The notes under the pieces were generated by a model. The model ran no database searches. It was not told the DNA's origin and worked only from the letters and a program-made list of their open reading frames with translations. Source: a virus (Duplodnaviria > Caudoviricetes). Taken from it: a DNA stretch of 48,779 nt. A program made the position numbers and the translations under genes. Positions 25,434-34,015 of this stretch are shown here, piece by piece. The stretch spans positions 1 to 48,779 of IMG/VR virus record IMGVR_UViG_3300044652_000067; one strand, 5' to 3'. Each line of letters begins with the position of its first letter. Position 1 is the first letter of the stretch.

Positions 25434-26864
25434 GTGCCGATCGACACCAGCACCTCCGAGGGTGCGGACTTCAAGGAACTCGGCGAAGCCCTGTTTCACC
25501 GCCACCCGAGGCTTGAGCGGCTGGACCGGTACGTGAAGGGCGAGCCGCCGCTGCCGGAGTCGCTGGCGAACCTGCGCGACGTGGCCCGCGACTTCTTCAA
25601 GACGTCCCGGACGAACTTCGCCGAACTGGTGCAGGAGGCACCGCGGGAGCGGATGACGCCGACCGGCATCCGGACCGCAGTGGCGAACGGCGAATCGGGC
25701 GACGCGGAGGCGTGGGCCAGGTGGAAGGCGGCGCGGCTGCCGATCCTGCAGGCCGACGTACACACCTCGATGCTCGGCCTCGGCGACGCCTATGTGATCG
25801 TCGCCCCCGCCAAGACCCCGGGTGGCAGTCCGATCGTCACCGCAGAGGACCCGCGGCAGGTGATCACCCTGCACGACCCGGAGACCGACGCGATCCGGCT
25901 GGCGATGAAGCTCTACAGGGACGGGCGCTCCAAGCAGGACATCGCCTACATGTACCGGCCAGGGCAGGTGTTCCGCGCCACCAAGCCCAACCGGGACCGC
26001 TCCAGCGGGCTAGGTGACTTCAACCCGAACGACTGGACATGGGACGAAGCCAAGTCGGCCCCGTATCCCAAGGGGTTCGAGGACGTCATGCCGGTCGTGC
26101 GGTTCAAGAACCGCGGCTGCACCGAAGACGGCTCCGGGGTCGGGGAGTTCGAGCGGCACATCGACGTACTGGACCGGATCAACCGCACCCTGCTGCGCGG
26201 CCTGGTGATCATGACCTACCAGGCGTTCAAGCAGCGGGCCGCGATCGGGGACCTGCCTGAGCGGGACGACGAAGGCAACCTGATCAACTATCAGGAGCTG
26301 TTGAAGGCCGGCCCGGACGCGCTGTGGCTGCTGCCGCCGGACGCGAAGATTTGGGAGTCCGGGCAGGTCGCCATGGACCCCATCATCTCGTTCGCGAAGA
26401 ACGACGTGTTGTTCCTCGCAGCGGTCACCCGCACCCCGCTGGCGATGTTCACGCCGGACGCCGCGACCCAATCCGCTGAGGGCGCGGCGTTCCAGCGTGA
26501 GGGTTTGGTGTACCGGACCGAGGATCGGATCACCCGCGCGTCCGAGTCGTGGTCACAGGTCATGTCGCTGATCTTCCGGTTCGCCGGCGACCTCGACCGG
26601 GCGCCGGCCGAGCGAATCGAGCTCATGTGGGCACCGGTGGAGCGGTACTCCATCTCCGACCAGGCCAACGCGGTCGCCCAGACCAAGGGTGTCCTGCCGC
26701 GGCGGGAGCAGTTGATCCGGTTCCTCGGCATGACCCCGCAGCAGGCCGACCAGGCGTTGTCCGAACTGGCCGAGGACCTCTTGCTGGATCAGCAGTACGC
26801 GCTCGGATTGAAGGCCGCCACCGGATCGGTCACGAATGTCACGAACAACAACGCTGCAGCCTGA
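25434..26864 (+). CDS. Portal protein (SPP1 gp6-like)
   Basis: Follows terL; N.AELV..A..ERM, PVVRF.N, GEFE.HID..DRIN, SAEGA...REGL. Confidence 0.9.
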   Translation: MPIDTSTSEGADFKELGEALFHRHPRLERLDRYVKGEPPLPESLANLRDVARDFFKTSRTNFAELVQEAPRERMTPTGIRTAVANGESGDAEAWARWKAARLPILQADVHTSMLGLGDAYVIVAPAKTPGGSPIVTAEDPRQVITLHDPETDAIRLAMKLYRDGRSKQDIAYMYRPGQVFRATKPNRDRSSGLGDFNPNDWTWDEAKSAPYPKGFEDVMPVVRFKNRGCTEDGSGVGEFERHIDVLDRINRTLLRGLVIMTYQAFKQRAAIGDLPERDDEGNLINYQELLKAGPDALWLLPPDAKIWESGQVAMDPIISFAKNDVLFLAAVTRTPLAMFTPDAATQSAEGAAFQREGLVYRTEDRITRASESWSQVMSLIFRFAGDLDRAPAERIELMWAPVERYSISDQANAVAQTKGVLPRREQLIRFLGMTPQQADQALSELAEDLLLDQQYALGLKAATGSVTNVTNNNAAA

Positions 26865-27918
26865 CCAGCGCTTTCAGGGGCTCGTCGCGGCGCAGGGGCA
26901 GCAGCGGCAGGCGCTCACCGCGCAAGCCGTCGCCATCGCCGCATCCTCGGCTGCTGGCTTCACGGGCTGGTACTCCTCGGAGCAGATCACCGAATGGGCC
27001 GCGAAGCTCGTCCAGACGCTCGAACCGATCCTGCGGCTGCTGGCCCGGACCACCGACGCCTACACGGCCCGGGCTGTCACCGACCTGACCGGGACGCGCC
27101 TCGCGCCGACCGGCCCGGTGGACGTGCACAACCTCAGGTCCGGGGGGATCACCCACGCCGGGGCGTACGCCCGGGCGGCGGACGTGTATCGGTGGCAGCA
27201 GCACCAGTTCGACCAGATCGCCAAACTCGCCACCGACGATCTGCCGAAGGCCGAGCAGATGCTCGACCTCGAGGACCCGATCAAGGCGGCGATAGACCGC
27301 GTGACCGACGTCGCCGATACCGACACCCAGTTGGTCGTCCGGGCGCAAGCGCAGCAGACCCTCATCGCAGGCGAGGACAAGGGCCTGGTGACCGCGTGGC
27401 GGCGCGTGTTCCACCCGGAACTATCCCTGCACGGCTCCTGCGGGCTCTGCATCGCGGCCTCGGACCGCATCTACAAGGTGTCGAACCTGATGCCGATCCA
27501 CCAGCGCTGCAACTGCATCCCGGTACCGATCACCGAGGCACGTGACGCCTTCGGCCGCGAAGACCCCGGCCAGGGGCTGAACGACGCCGACATCGGCAGG
27601 CTCTACAAGGACGCAGGGTCGACCGGTGGCAAAGACCTGAAACGCACCCGCTACCAGATCGACGAGCACGGCGAACTCGGCCCGGTGCTCAACGACGGCA
27701 CATTCAGGCCTCGGAAGGTGCGCGAGTCCACGGCGGTCAACCGCAAGCCGCTGACGGACGAGGAGCGGCGGCAGCGTGTCGAGCGCATCCACGCCGAACT
27801 GCTCAGCTACCAGCCGAGGGTCGAAGAACTCGCCTACGACTCCCCCCAGCAGTGGGGCAAGTACGCCGAGAACCTGCAGCAGCGGATCGCCGAACTAGGC
27901 CGCGAACTCGCCGCCTGA
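26836..27918 (+). CDS. MuF-like minor head/capsid maturation protein
   Basis: WRRV.HPELS..GSCGLC.AASDRIY....L.PIH.RC.C; lies between portal and scaffold. Confidence 0.75.
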   Translation: MSRTTTLQPDQRFQGLVAAQGQQRQALTAQAVAIAASSAAGFTGWYSSEQITEWAAKLVQTLEPILRLLARTTDAYTARAVTDLTGTRLAPTGPVDVHNLRSGGITHAGAYARAADVYRWQQHQFDQIAKLATDDLPKAEQMLDLEDPIKAAIDRVTDVADTDTQLVVRAQAQQTLIAGEDKGLVTAWRRVFHPELSLHGSCGLCIAASDRIYKVSNLMPIHQRCNCIPVPITEARDAFGREDPGQGLNDADIGRLYKDAGSTGGKDLKRTRYQIDEHGELGPVLNDGTFRPRKVRESTAVNRKPLTDEERRQRVERIHAELLSYQPRVEELAYDSPQQWGKYAENLQQRIAELGRELAA

Positions 27919-27936
27919 GGCGTAATCGGAGGGCAT

Positions 27937-28158
27937 GTGCGACGACCACCGCTGTGCGAGCTTGGCTGGCATGGCGTGCTCCGCTGGTACAGCCTGGACG
28001 ACCCGCTGCACCTGCTGCTATCGCTCCGCTGTTTCGTGCTGGGGCACCGATGGGAGCCCGCCAGAACAACCAGCGGTGGCCACCGATTCCGCCGCTGCCG
28101 CTGGTACGGGCTGCACCGCGAAATTCTGACCGACCAGGACGGCAACGCCGCCAAATAG
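27937..28158 (+). CDS. Small hypothetical protein inserted in the head module
   Basis: GGAGG RBS; CFVLGHRW..RC motif. Confidence 0.45.
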   Translation: MRRPPLCELGWHGVLRWYSLDDPLHLLLSLRCFVLGHRWEPARTTSGGHRFRRCRWYGLHREILTDQDGNAAK

Positions 28159-28218
28159 ACCAGCGCTACGGCAGCGCTCAATGCCGGGATGTGCCGACGG
28201 GCTAACGGAGAACCACAC

Positions 28219-28767
28219 ATGACCGAACCGCAGCAGCCTGCCCAGACGACCGAGCCGACCGGGAACGAGCCGGGCGGCGGTGACTGGAAGCCGCCAGCCG
28301 ACCAGGCCGCGCTCGACAAGATCATCGAGACCCGGCTGCAGCGGGAGCGGCAGCGCTACGCCGACTACGACGAACTGAAGGCGACCGCTGGCAAGTACCA
28401 GGCGCTGCTGGCCACCACGCAGACCGACCAGGAACGCGCCATTGCCGAGGCGAAGAAGGCCGCGCTCGATGAGGCCGCCTCGCAGCACGGGCCGCGGCTG
28501 GTTCGGCAGGCGTTCAAGGCTGAAGCCAAGGGCGTCCTGACCAAGGAACAGCTCGACGATCTGCTCGAAGACCGGGACCTGTCCAAGTTCCTGAAGGACG
28601 GCGAGCCGGACGAGGAGAAGATCGCCGCCCTCGTCGCCCGGTTCGCGCCGAAGGGCGACGGCAAGCCGGAATTCCCGGACCTCGGCGGCGGCAACCGTGG
28701 CAGCTCGGCCAAGACCACCGACATGAACAAGCTCATCCGCGAAGCCGCCGGCCGCGGGCGCGGGTAG
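28219..28767 (+). CDS. Capsid scaffolding protein
   Basis: Q..LDKII..RL.RER..YADYDELK..A, T..ERA..EA, GG..G....DMN.LIR.AAG. Confidence 0.85.
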   Translation: MTEPQQPAQTTEPTGNEPGGGDWKPPADQAALDKIIETRLQRERQRYADYDELKATAGKYQALLATTQTDQERAIAEAKKAALDEAASQHGPRLVRQAFKAEAKGVLTKEQLDDLLEDRDLSKFLKDGEPDEEKIAALVARFAPKGDGKPEFPDLGGGNRGSSAKTTDMNKLIREAAGRGRG

Positions 28768-28831
28768 TCAACCCCACCAAGCCGTAGACATCCATCCAAG
28801 GGGTCTACACACCTGAAAGGGATGATCCCTA

Positions 28832-29809
28832 GTGGCATACGACAGCATCACCAGCCGCACCGACGCTGGCGCGCTCGTCCCGGAGGAAGTCTCCAAGGAG
28901 CTGCTGCACGACTACGTGCCCAAGCAGTCCGCGGCGCGGGCCATGTTCCGCCCGATCCCGGTCGGCCGCAACCAGGTCCGCGTCCCGGTCCTGTCGGCCC
29001 TGCCCGTCGCGTACTTCGTGGGCGGCGACACCGGGCTGAAGCAGACCACCGAGATGGCATGGAGCAACAAGTACCTCAACATCGAGGAGATCGCGACGAT
29101 CTTCCCGATCCCGGAGAACGTCATGGACGACATCGACGCCAACATCTGGGACGAGGCCAAGCCGCTGCTGGCCGAGGCTGCCGGGCGGTGCCTGGACAAC
29201 GCCGTGTTCTTCGGCGTGAACGCCCCGTCGTCCTACCCGACGAACATCTACTCCGCCGCGGTCGCGGCCGGGAACGTGGTGGATGTCGGCTCCGCGGCGT
29301 CGGCCGGCGGGTTCTACGGCGACATCGACAAGCTGTACGGCGTGGTCGAGGACGACGGGTACGAGATCACCGGCTTCGTCGCCGCCACCTCGGCGAAGAA
29401 GAACCTCCGCGCGGCCCGCGACACCCAGGGCCGACGGCTGGACACCGGCCGCATCTCCGGCGACCTATCCCTGCTCGACGGCCTGCCCGTCACCTACCCG
29501 ATGCGGGGCATGTTCCCCGTCGCCACCAACGGCGCCGGTGGCTCCGCCGCGCCGGGCGTGTCGATGTTCGGCGGCGACTGGACCCAGTTCGTCATCGGCA
29601 TCCGGCAGGACATCACCTTCAAGGTGCTGGACCAGGCCGTGATCCAGGACAACACCGGTGCGATCATGTTCAACCTCGCCCAGCAGGACATGGTCGCTTT
29701 GCGGCTCACCTTCCGGGTCGGCTGGCAGGTCGCGAACACCATCAACAACGACCAGCCGAACTCCGCGAACCGGTACGCCGCCGGCGTGCTCCGCGTCCCC
29801 GGCACCTGA
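28832..29809 (+). CDS. Major capsid protein (HK97 fold)
   Basis: ALVPEEVS, P.A.FV.G...K, EEIA.I.PI.E.V.DD, GDW...IGIRQDI..K, NL.QQDMVALR. Confidence 0.93.
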   Translation: MAYDSITSRTDAGALVPEEVSKELLHDYVPKQSAARAMFRPIPVGRNQVRVPVLSALPVAYFVGGDTGLKQTTEMAWSNKYLNIEEIATIFPIPENVMDDIDANIWDEAKPLLAEAAGRCLDNAVFFGVNAPSSYPTNIYSAAVAAGNVVDVGSAASAGGFYGDIDKLYGVVEDDGYEITGFVAATSAKKNLRAARDTQGRRLDTGRISGDLSLLDGLPVTYPMRGMFPVATNGAGGSAAPGVSMFGGDWTQFVIGIRQDITFKVLDQAVIQDNTGAIMFNLAQQDMVALRLTFRVGWQVANTINNDQPNSANRYAAGVLRVPGT

Positions 29810-29836
29810 CCCTGACCACGGCAGAGGAGAAAAGCA

Positions 29837-30085
29837 ATGGCTGAGAAGACCGCTAGGCACGAGGCCCAGCCGGATGGCGTCGGTGCCGAGGACAAGCTCG
29901 AGCCGGAAGCGCAGGCGCTGCAGGACGCCGAGAACCAGGTGACCGCGCAGGGCTACCGCGGCACCGTCCCGGACCCCACCCCGAACCACCACTACACCGT
30001 GGCGGGCGTGACCGACGGCAAGCCGACCCCGGAAACTGACCCGGACCTGGCGGCGAAGGCCGGCTCCCGCAAGTTCACTGGCTGA
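29837..30085 (+). CDS. Small post-capsid protein
   Basis: GAGGAG RBS; GYRGTVPDPTPN..YTVAGV..G.PTPETD. Confidence 0.7.
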   Translation: MAEKTARHEAQPDGVGAEDKLEPEAQALQDAENQVTAQGYRGTVPDPTPNHHYTVAGVTDGKPTPETDPDLAAKAGSRKFTG

Positions 30086-30108
30086 ACAACTGAGGGACGG
30101 GACGCCGC

Positions 30109-30933
30109 ATGAACCCGCTCGCCAGCACCGACGATGTGGGGAACGTGTGGCGTCCCGTCGCCGACAGTGAAATCAGCCGCGTCGAATGGCTGATCAGCGT
30201 GGCTTCCTCGAAGCTGCGGCAGCAGTGCCCGTTCGACATCGACGCCCGGATCGCGCTTTACGCCTCCGACCCGAAAGCACCTACCGCCCTCGACCCGCTC
30301 ACCGTCGCGAGCGTGGTGGCGACGATCGTGAAACGGTTCCTCGTCAACCAGGGCGGCGTCGTCTCCCAATCCGAGGGCGCCGGCCCGTTCTCGACGTCGC
30401 AGACGTTCGTCAGCCGCTACGACAAGGCCGGTGCCGATGTGCGCGGTGCGATCGTGGTCACACCCGCCGACGTCGACGAGCTCCGGCCCGCCACGCCGAC
30501 CCGCATCCCGGCCGCGCTGCAGCTCGTGCCCACCCGGGCGATGCAACCCGAACCCGGGTTCTGGCCGGGAGGGTTCCGGCCCCGCCTCGACCCGGTTACC
30601 GGCGACCCGGTGTTCGGGCTCGGCGATCTCCCGAGGTACGCGCTCACCAACGGGCAGCCATTCGGAACCCCGATCACCCTGTACCGGTCCGCCACCCTGG
30701 TCTACGGCACCGAATACCGGGTCACCGGCACCCAAGCCGTCGCCCTCGCCCTGCCCACGGGCCCGGCCGGCAGCACGGTGCGGGTGCGGGTGCTGGACGA
30801 CTACACCGGACCACCCGTCACCGTCACCCCGCCCGCCGGGGTTCTATTCGCGACCGGTGACACCAGGTACCAGATGGCCACCGGCACCGACCGGCGGTTC
30901 ACCTACGACGGCTCCGCGATACAGGTGATCTGA
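30109..30933 (+). CDS. Head-tail adaptor with a long C-terminal extension
   Basis: A...DV...WRP....E..R...LI..AS..LR, V...V.R...N..G..S...GPFS in the first ~130 aa. Confidence 0.75.
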   Translation: MNPLASTDDVGNVWRPVADSEISRVEWLISVASSKLRQQCPFDIDARIALYASDPKAPTALDPLTVASVVATIVKRFLVNQGGVVSQSEGAGPFSTSQTFVSRYDKAGADVRGAIVVTPADVDELRPATPTRIPAALQLVPTRAMQPEPGFWPGGFRPRLDPVTGDPVFGLGDLPRYALTNGQPFGTPITLYRSATLVYGTEYRVTGTQAVALALPTGPAGSTVRVRVLDDYTGPPVTVTPPAGVLFATGDTRYQMATGTDRRFTYDGSAIQVI

Positions 30934-31286
30934 TGCAGTTCCCAAACGGTGAGCAGATCACCCTACACAGACCAGTAAAAGTAGGAGTCGACGGCTACGG
31001 CAAGGACCAGTACGACTGGACCGACTACCCAATACCTGGGTGCGCGTTCTGGCCGGCAGGCTCCGTTGAGCTGGTGCAGGGCCGGGAGACGGTCACCGAC
31101 AGCGACACGGTAGCGGTCCCGCCGGAGAGCATCCCGGTAGCTGCCGGGGCGATCCTGCCCACCGACGAGATCACCGTCCGTGGCACCCGGTACAAGGTGA
31201 ACGGCAAGCCGCAGGACTACGGTGCGCACCCGTTCACCGGCACCCGCTACCCGATCCTTGTGCGGCTGGAGGAGGTCACCGGCTGA
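30933..31286 (+). CDS. Head-tail stopper
   Basis: D.YG....DW....GCA.WP..S.E, D.I.VRG..Y.V.G.P, L..VTG. Confidence 0.8.
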   Translation: MQFPNGEQITLHRPVKVGVDGYGKDQYDWTDYPIPGCAFWPAGSVELVQGRETVTDSDTVAVPPESIPVAAGAILPTDEITVRGTRYKVNGKPQDYGAHPFTGTRYPILVRLEEVTG

Positions 31287-31504
31287 TGAGTGACAGCGAC
31301 CGCACCCAGCGAGAGCCCTCGGCGAGAATTGTTCGCCGGCCAGATGGCGCTTTCGTTCGGCTGGAACTGAACGGCGAGGAATTCCTGCCCTGGCTGTCGG
31401 GGGATGATCCGATTGCGTTCCGGATTCAGGACAACGGCTTCACCGGCCTGTTGACGCTGACCATGTTCGTACGCGACTTCGCCACGGTGGTCGAGGCTGA
31501 GTGA
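31286..31504 (+). CDS. Hypothetical protein inserted in the connector module
   Basis: Coupled at both ends; weaker codon bias than its neighbours. Confidence 0.5.
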   Translation: MSDSDRTQREPSARIVRRPDGAFVRLELNGEEFLPWLSGDDPIAFRIQDNGFTGLLTLTMFVRDFATVVEAE

Positions 31505-31884
31505 TGGGTGCCACCTACAAGCATGACTACAAGGCGTTCGGTGATCACGTTCTCCGTGCGGCGTTCATGGAGTCCGACATGGTGCGCCGGGCGCTGAACG
31601 TGCAGGCGAATGCCGAGTTCCTGGCGTCGGATCACGTCGACACCGGCCGGTTCGAGAGTTCGTACGTCACCGAGTCGGGCCGAACCGGCGGTGGCAGGAA
31701 GCGGGACCGGGCGTTCGGCCGGGTCCGCAACGTCGACCCGAAGGCCGCGCACATCGAGCTCGGACACAACATCGTGACCGGCAAGCGGTACACAGCCGGT
31801 GGCCGGAAGCGGAAGCGCGAGATCAAGGGCCACGTCGAAGGTCTGCACACCCTGACCCGCTCCCTCGACGCCGCAGGGGACTAG
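31504..31884 (+). CDS. Neck/tail completion protein (HK97 gp10-like)
   Basis: VDTGRF..S, A.HIELG, H.L.R.LD; position. Confidence 0.7.
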   Translation: MGATYKHDYKAFGDHVLRAAFMESDMVRRALNVQANAEFLASDHVDTGRFESSYVTESGRTGGGRKRDRAFGRVRNVDPKAAHIELGHNIVTGKRYTAGGRKRKREIKGHVEGLHTLTRSLDAAGD

Positions 31885-32277
31885 GTGGCCTTCTCCCCGG
31901 AACAGGTGCTGAGGGCCTACTTCCTGCAGGAGTTCGCCACGGACCTTCCGAGTGGCGACCATGCGGGCAAGGACACCCCCGGCGACTGGTCCGGCCGACT
32001 GCCGTTCCTGCAGATCCGCAACGCGGGCGGTGACCGGGCGTTCAACCTGCACCGGCCGCGCATGCTGTTCACGAGTTGGGCGACCAATGACGGCACGGCC
32101 GAGGACCTGCTGCAGCGCATCGACGACCACCTGCAGTACAAGCTTCCGACCACCTTCAACGGCATCGTCATCGCCCTAGCCGGCACCACCAGCAGCCCGG
32201 CGTGGCAGCCGTACGACAACCCGGACGTGGCCCGCTACGGCGCCACCTACCGGTTCTCCATGCACGAAACCCGATAG
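31885..32277 (+). CDS. Tail terminator protein
   Basis: LPFLQI...GG, P.W.PYDNP.V.RY.ATY; precedes the major tail gene. Confidence 0.75.
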   Translation: MAFSPEQVLRAYFLQEFATDLPSGDHAGKDTPGDWSGRLPFLQIRNAGGDRAFNLHRPRMLFTSWATNDGTAEDLLQRIDDHLQYKLPTTFNGIVIALAGTTSSPAWQPYDNPDVARYGATYRFSMHETR

Positions 32278-32358
32278 CTCGACGTGTGGCCCGCGATCCG
32301 CACCGACCGAACCACCTGACCGGCACGACCTCCCTGGATCGCGAGGAGACCCATCCCC

Positions 32359-33246
32359 ATGGCCAAGATCACGAATAACGTCCGTTCCTACGGCGATCTG
32401 CTGCAGATGGTGGCGACCGCCCCGATCGGGACGGCGCTGCCGAGCAAGACCGCGATCTGGACGCCCGGCACCCCGCCGGCCGGGTTCTACGACCTCGGCT
32501 GGCTGACCGACACCGGCCTCAGTGAGAACGAGACGTACAACGAGACGAAGAAGTACGGCTGGCAGGGCGGCACCCTGCTGCGCGTGCTGCGCAACCAGGC
32601 CGAACTGGTGTACCAGTTCGAGGCGGCCGAGGAGAACGCGGTCACCGTCGGGCTGCTGCGCCCGAACTCGCCGACCACCACCAGCGGCGAGACGGATGAG
32701 GTGCAGACCGTCACCATCTCCGGCACCCCGACCGGTGGCACGTTCCCGCTGACGCTGCCCGGCTACGGCTCCTACAGCGCCGCCTACAACGTGTCGACCG
32801 CGGCACTGCAGACCGCGCTGCGGGCAGCGTTCGGCATCCCCGGCCTGACCGTGACGGGCACCGCCGGCACCTCCTATGTGGTGACGTTCGTCGGCGCGGG
32901 CAACGTGCCGACCATGCTCACCGACGGGTCGGCGCTGACCGGCGGTTCGAGCCCGAACGCCGCTGTCGCGGTCACCACCCCGGGCGTGAACGGCGTCAAC
33001 TCGCGCGACCTGAAGCCCTACACCGGCCGGAACCTCCGGTACTGGGTCGTGGACCTGGTCGACGGCTCGGTGTGGAAGCGGAAGGTGCTCACCAACGCCG
33101 AGGCCGTCCGCAACGGCGCGCAGACGTACAAGGCCGATGACGACGTCATCTACCCGTTCACCCTGAACTGCTACCTCGACTCCAACAGCGTCTGGGGCTA
33201 CGAGATGGACAACAACCCGGCCGTCGCCTCGGGCCTGTTCACGTAG
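32359..33246 (+). CDS. Major tail protein with an internal accessory domain
   Basis: APIGT.LP, F.DLGWL...G, WQGG..R, F.A.E.N; insert EVQTVTISGTPTGGTF.LT. Confidence 0.85.
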   Translation: MAKITNNVRSYGDLLQMVATAPIGTALPSKTAIWTPGTPPAGFYDLGWLTDTGLSENETYNETKKYGWQGGTLLRVLRNQAELVYQFEAAEENAVTVGLLRPNSPTTTSGETDEVQTVTISGTPTGGTFPLTLPGYGSYSAAYNVSTAALQTALRAAFGIPGLTVTGTAGTSYVVTFVGAGNVPTMLTDGSALTGGSSPNAAVAVTTPGVNGVNSRDLKPYTGRNLRYWVVDLVDGSVWKRKVLTNAEAVRNGAQTYKADDDVIYPFTLNCYLDSNSVWGYEMDNNPAVASGLFT

Positions 33247-33257
33247 CAGCCTGAACC

Positions 33258-33296
33258 GCTGGCGGCGGGACCTTCGCGGGCCATCCCGCCGCCAGC
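33258..33296 (+). other. 13-bp perfect stem-loop after the major tail gene (no U-tract)
   Basis: GCTGGCGGCGGGA pairs with TCCCGCCGCCAGC. Confidence 0.7.
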
Positions 33297-33341
33297 CCCC
33301 AATCATCCAGCCCGCGAAAACCCAGAGAGTGAGGCCCGCGA

Positions 33342-33602
33342 ATGCCGCCACGGCAGAAGGCTGTCGAAACCAAGGTCGAGATGGTCAAGTTCGCCTACGA
33401 CGGCGACGAATACGAGGTTCGCGCCGACTTCCCCGACACCATCGCGTTCCACGAGCACATCGAAGACGGCAACTACATGCTGCTCGCCCGCGATCTACTC
33501 GGCCCGCGGCAGTGGCGGGCATTCCAGGCGGCGCACGAGAAGTACGAGCAGGCACTGGAACTGGTCAACGCATGGGGAGACCGTATCGGCCTGGGAAAAT
33601 AA
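33342..33602 (+). CDS. Tail assembly chaperone (short form)
   Basis: Between major tail and tape measure; LLG..QW..F; ends GLGK* at a slippery site. Confidence 0.85.
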   Translation: MPPRQKAVETKVEMVKFAYDGDEYEVRADFPDTIAFHEHIEDGNYMLLARDLLGPRQWRAFQAAHEKYEQALELVNAWGDRIGLGK

Positions 33603-34015
33603 CCCACCTGCCCTATCTGGTTGAGCGGCACGGCTCGGCCATCGAATACGACCTGCTCACCCTGCCCGGCCTCACCCTCCCTGACGTGTCGCTGCGGGCG
33701 AACCTCCGGAACCGGGCCGTCACGTGGCGACGCCTCGCGGTCATCCTGCAGAACCTGCCGCCCGGCTGCGCCTTCCATGAGTCGCTCACCGGCTCACGCT
33801 GGACGATCGCTGACCACCTACTCGCCGACCAGTTCGACCTCGCGGCGGTAGCGGGAGGCGTGACGGAGCAGGGCAGCAAGAAACCGATCCGCGCCCGACG
33901 ACCAGCAGACGTGCAGAAGGCAGCCGAACAACAAGACCTCCGCACCCGGATGGCGCGAGAGCAACGCGCACGGCGGCAACGACGACGACAGCAGGAAGGC
34001 GGTGCCGGTGGCTGA
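33593..34015 (+). CDS. Tail assembly chaperone, -1 frameshift extension
   Basis: G GGA AAA slippery heptamer at 33593-33599; the -1 frame is open (AIEYDL, WRRL.V....LP, WT..DHLLA) up to the tape measure gene. Confidence 0.85.
   Translation, partial: GKITHLPYLVERHGSAIEYDLLTLPGLTLPDVSLRANLRNRAVTWRRLAVILQNLPPGCAFHESLTGSRWTIADHLLADQFDLAAVAGGVTEQGSKKPIRARRPADVQKAAEQQDLRTRMAREQRARRQRRRQQEGGAGG

Noticed and set aside
28822-29844. 340-aa alternative plus-frame ORF over the capsid gene
   Set aside because: Arg/Gly/Pro-rich off-frame product caused by the GC3 bias of the real capsid frame.
33258-33300. Classical intrinsic terminator after the major tail gene
   Set aside because: Strong stem but followed by CCCCAATC rather than a U-tract; kept as a structural element instead.
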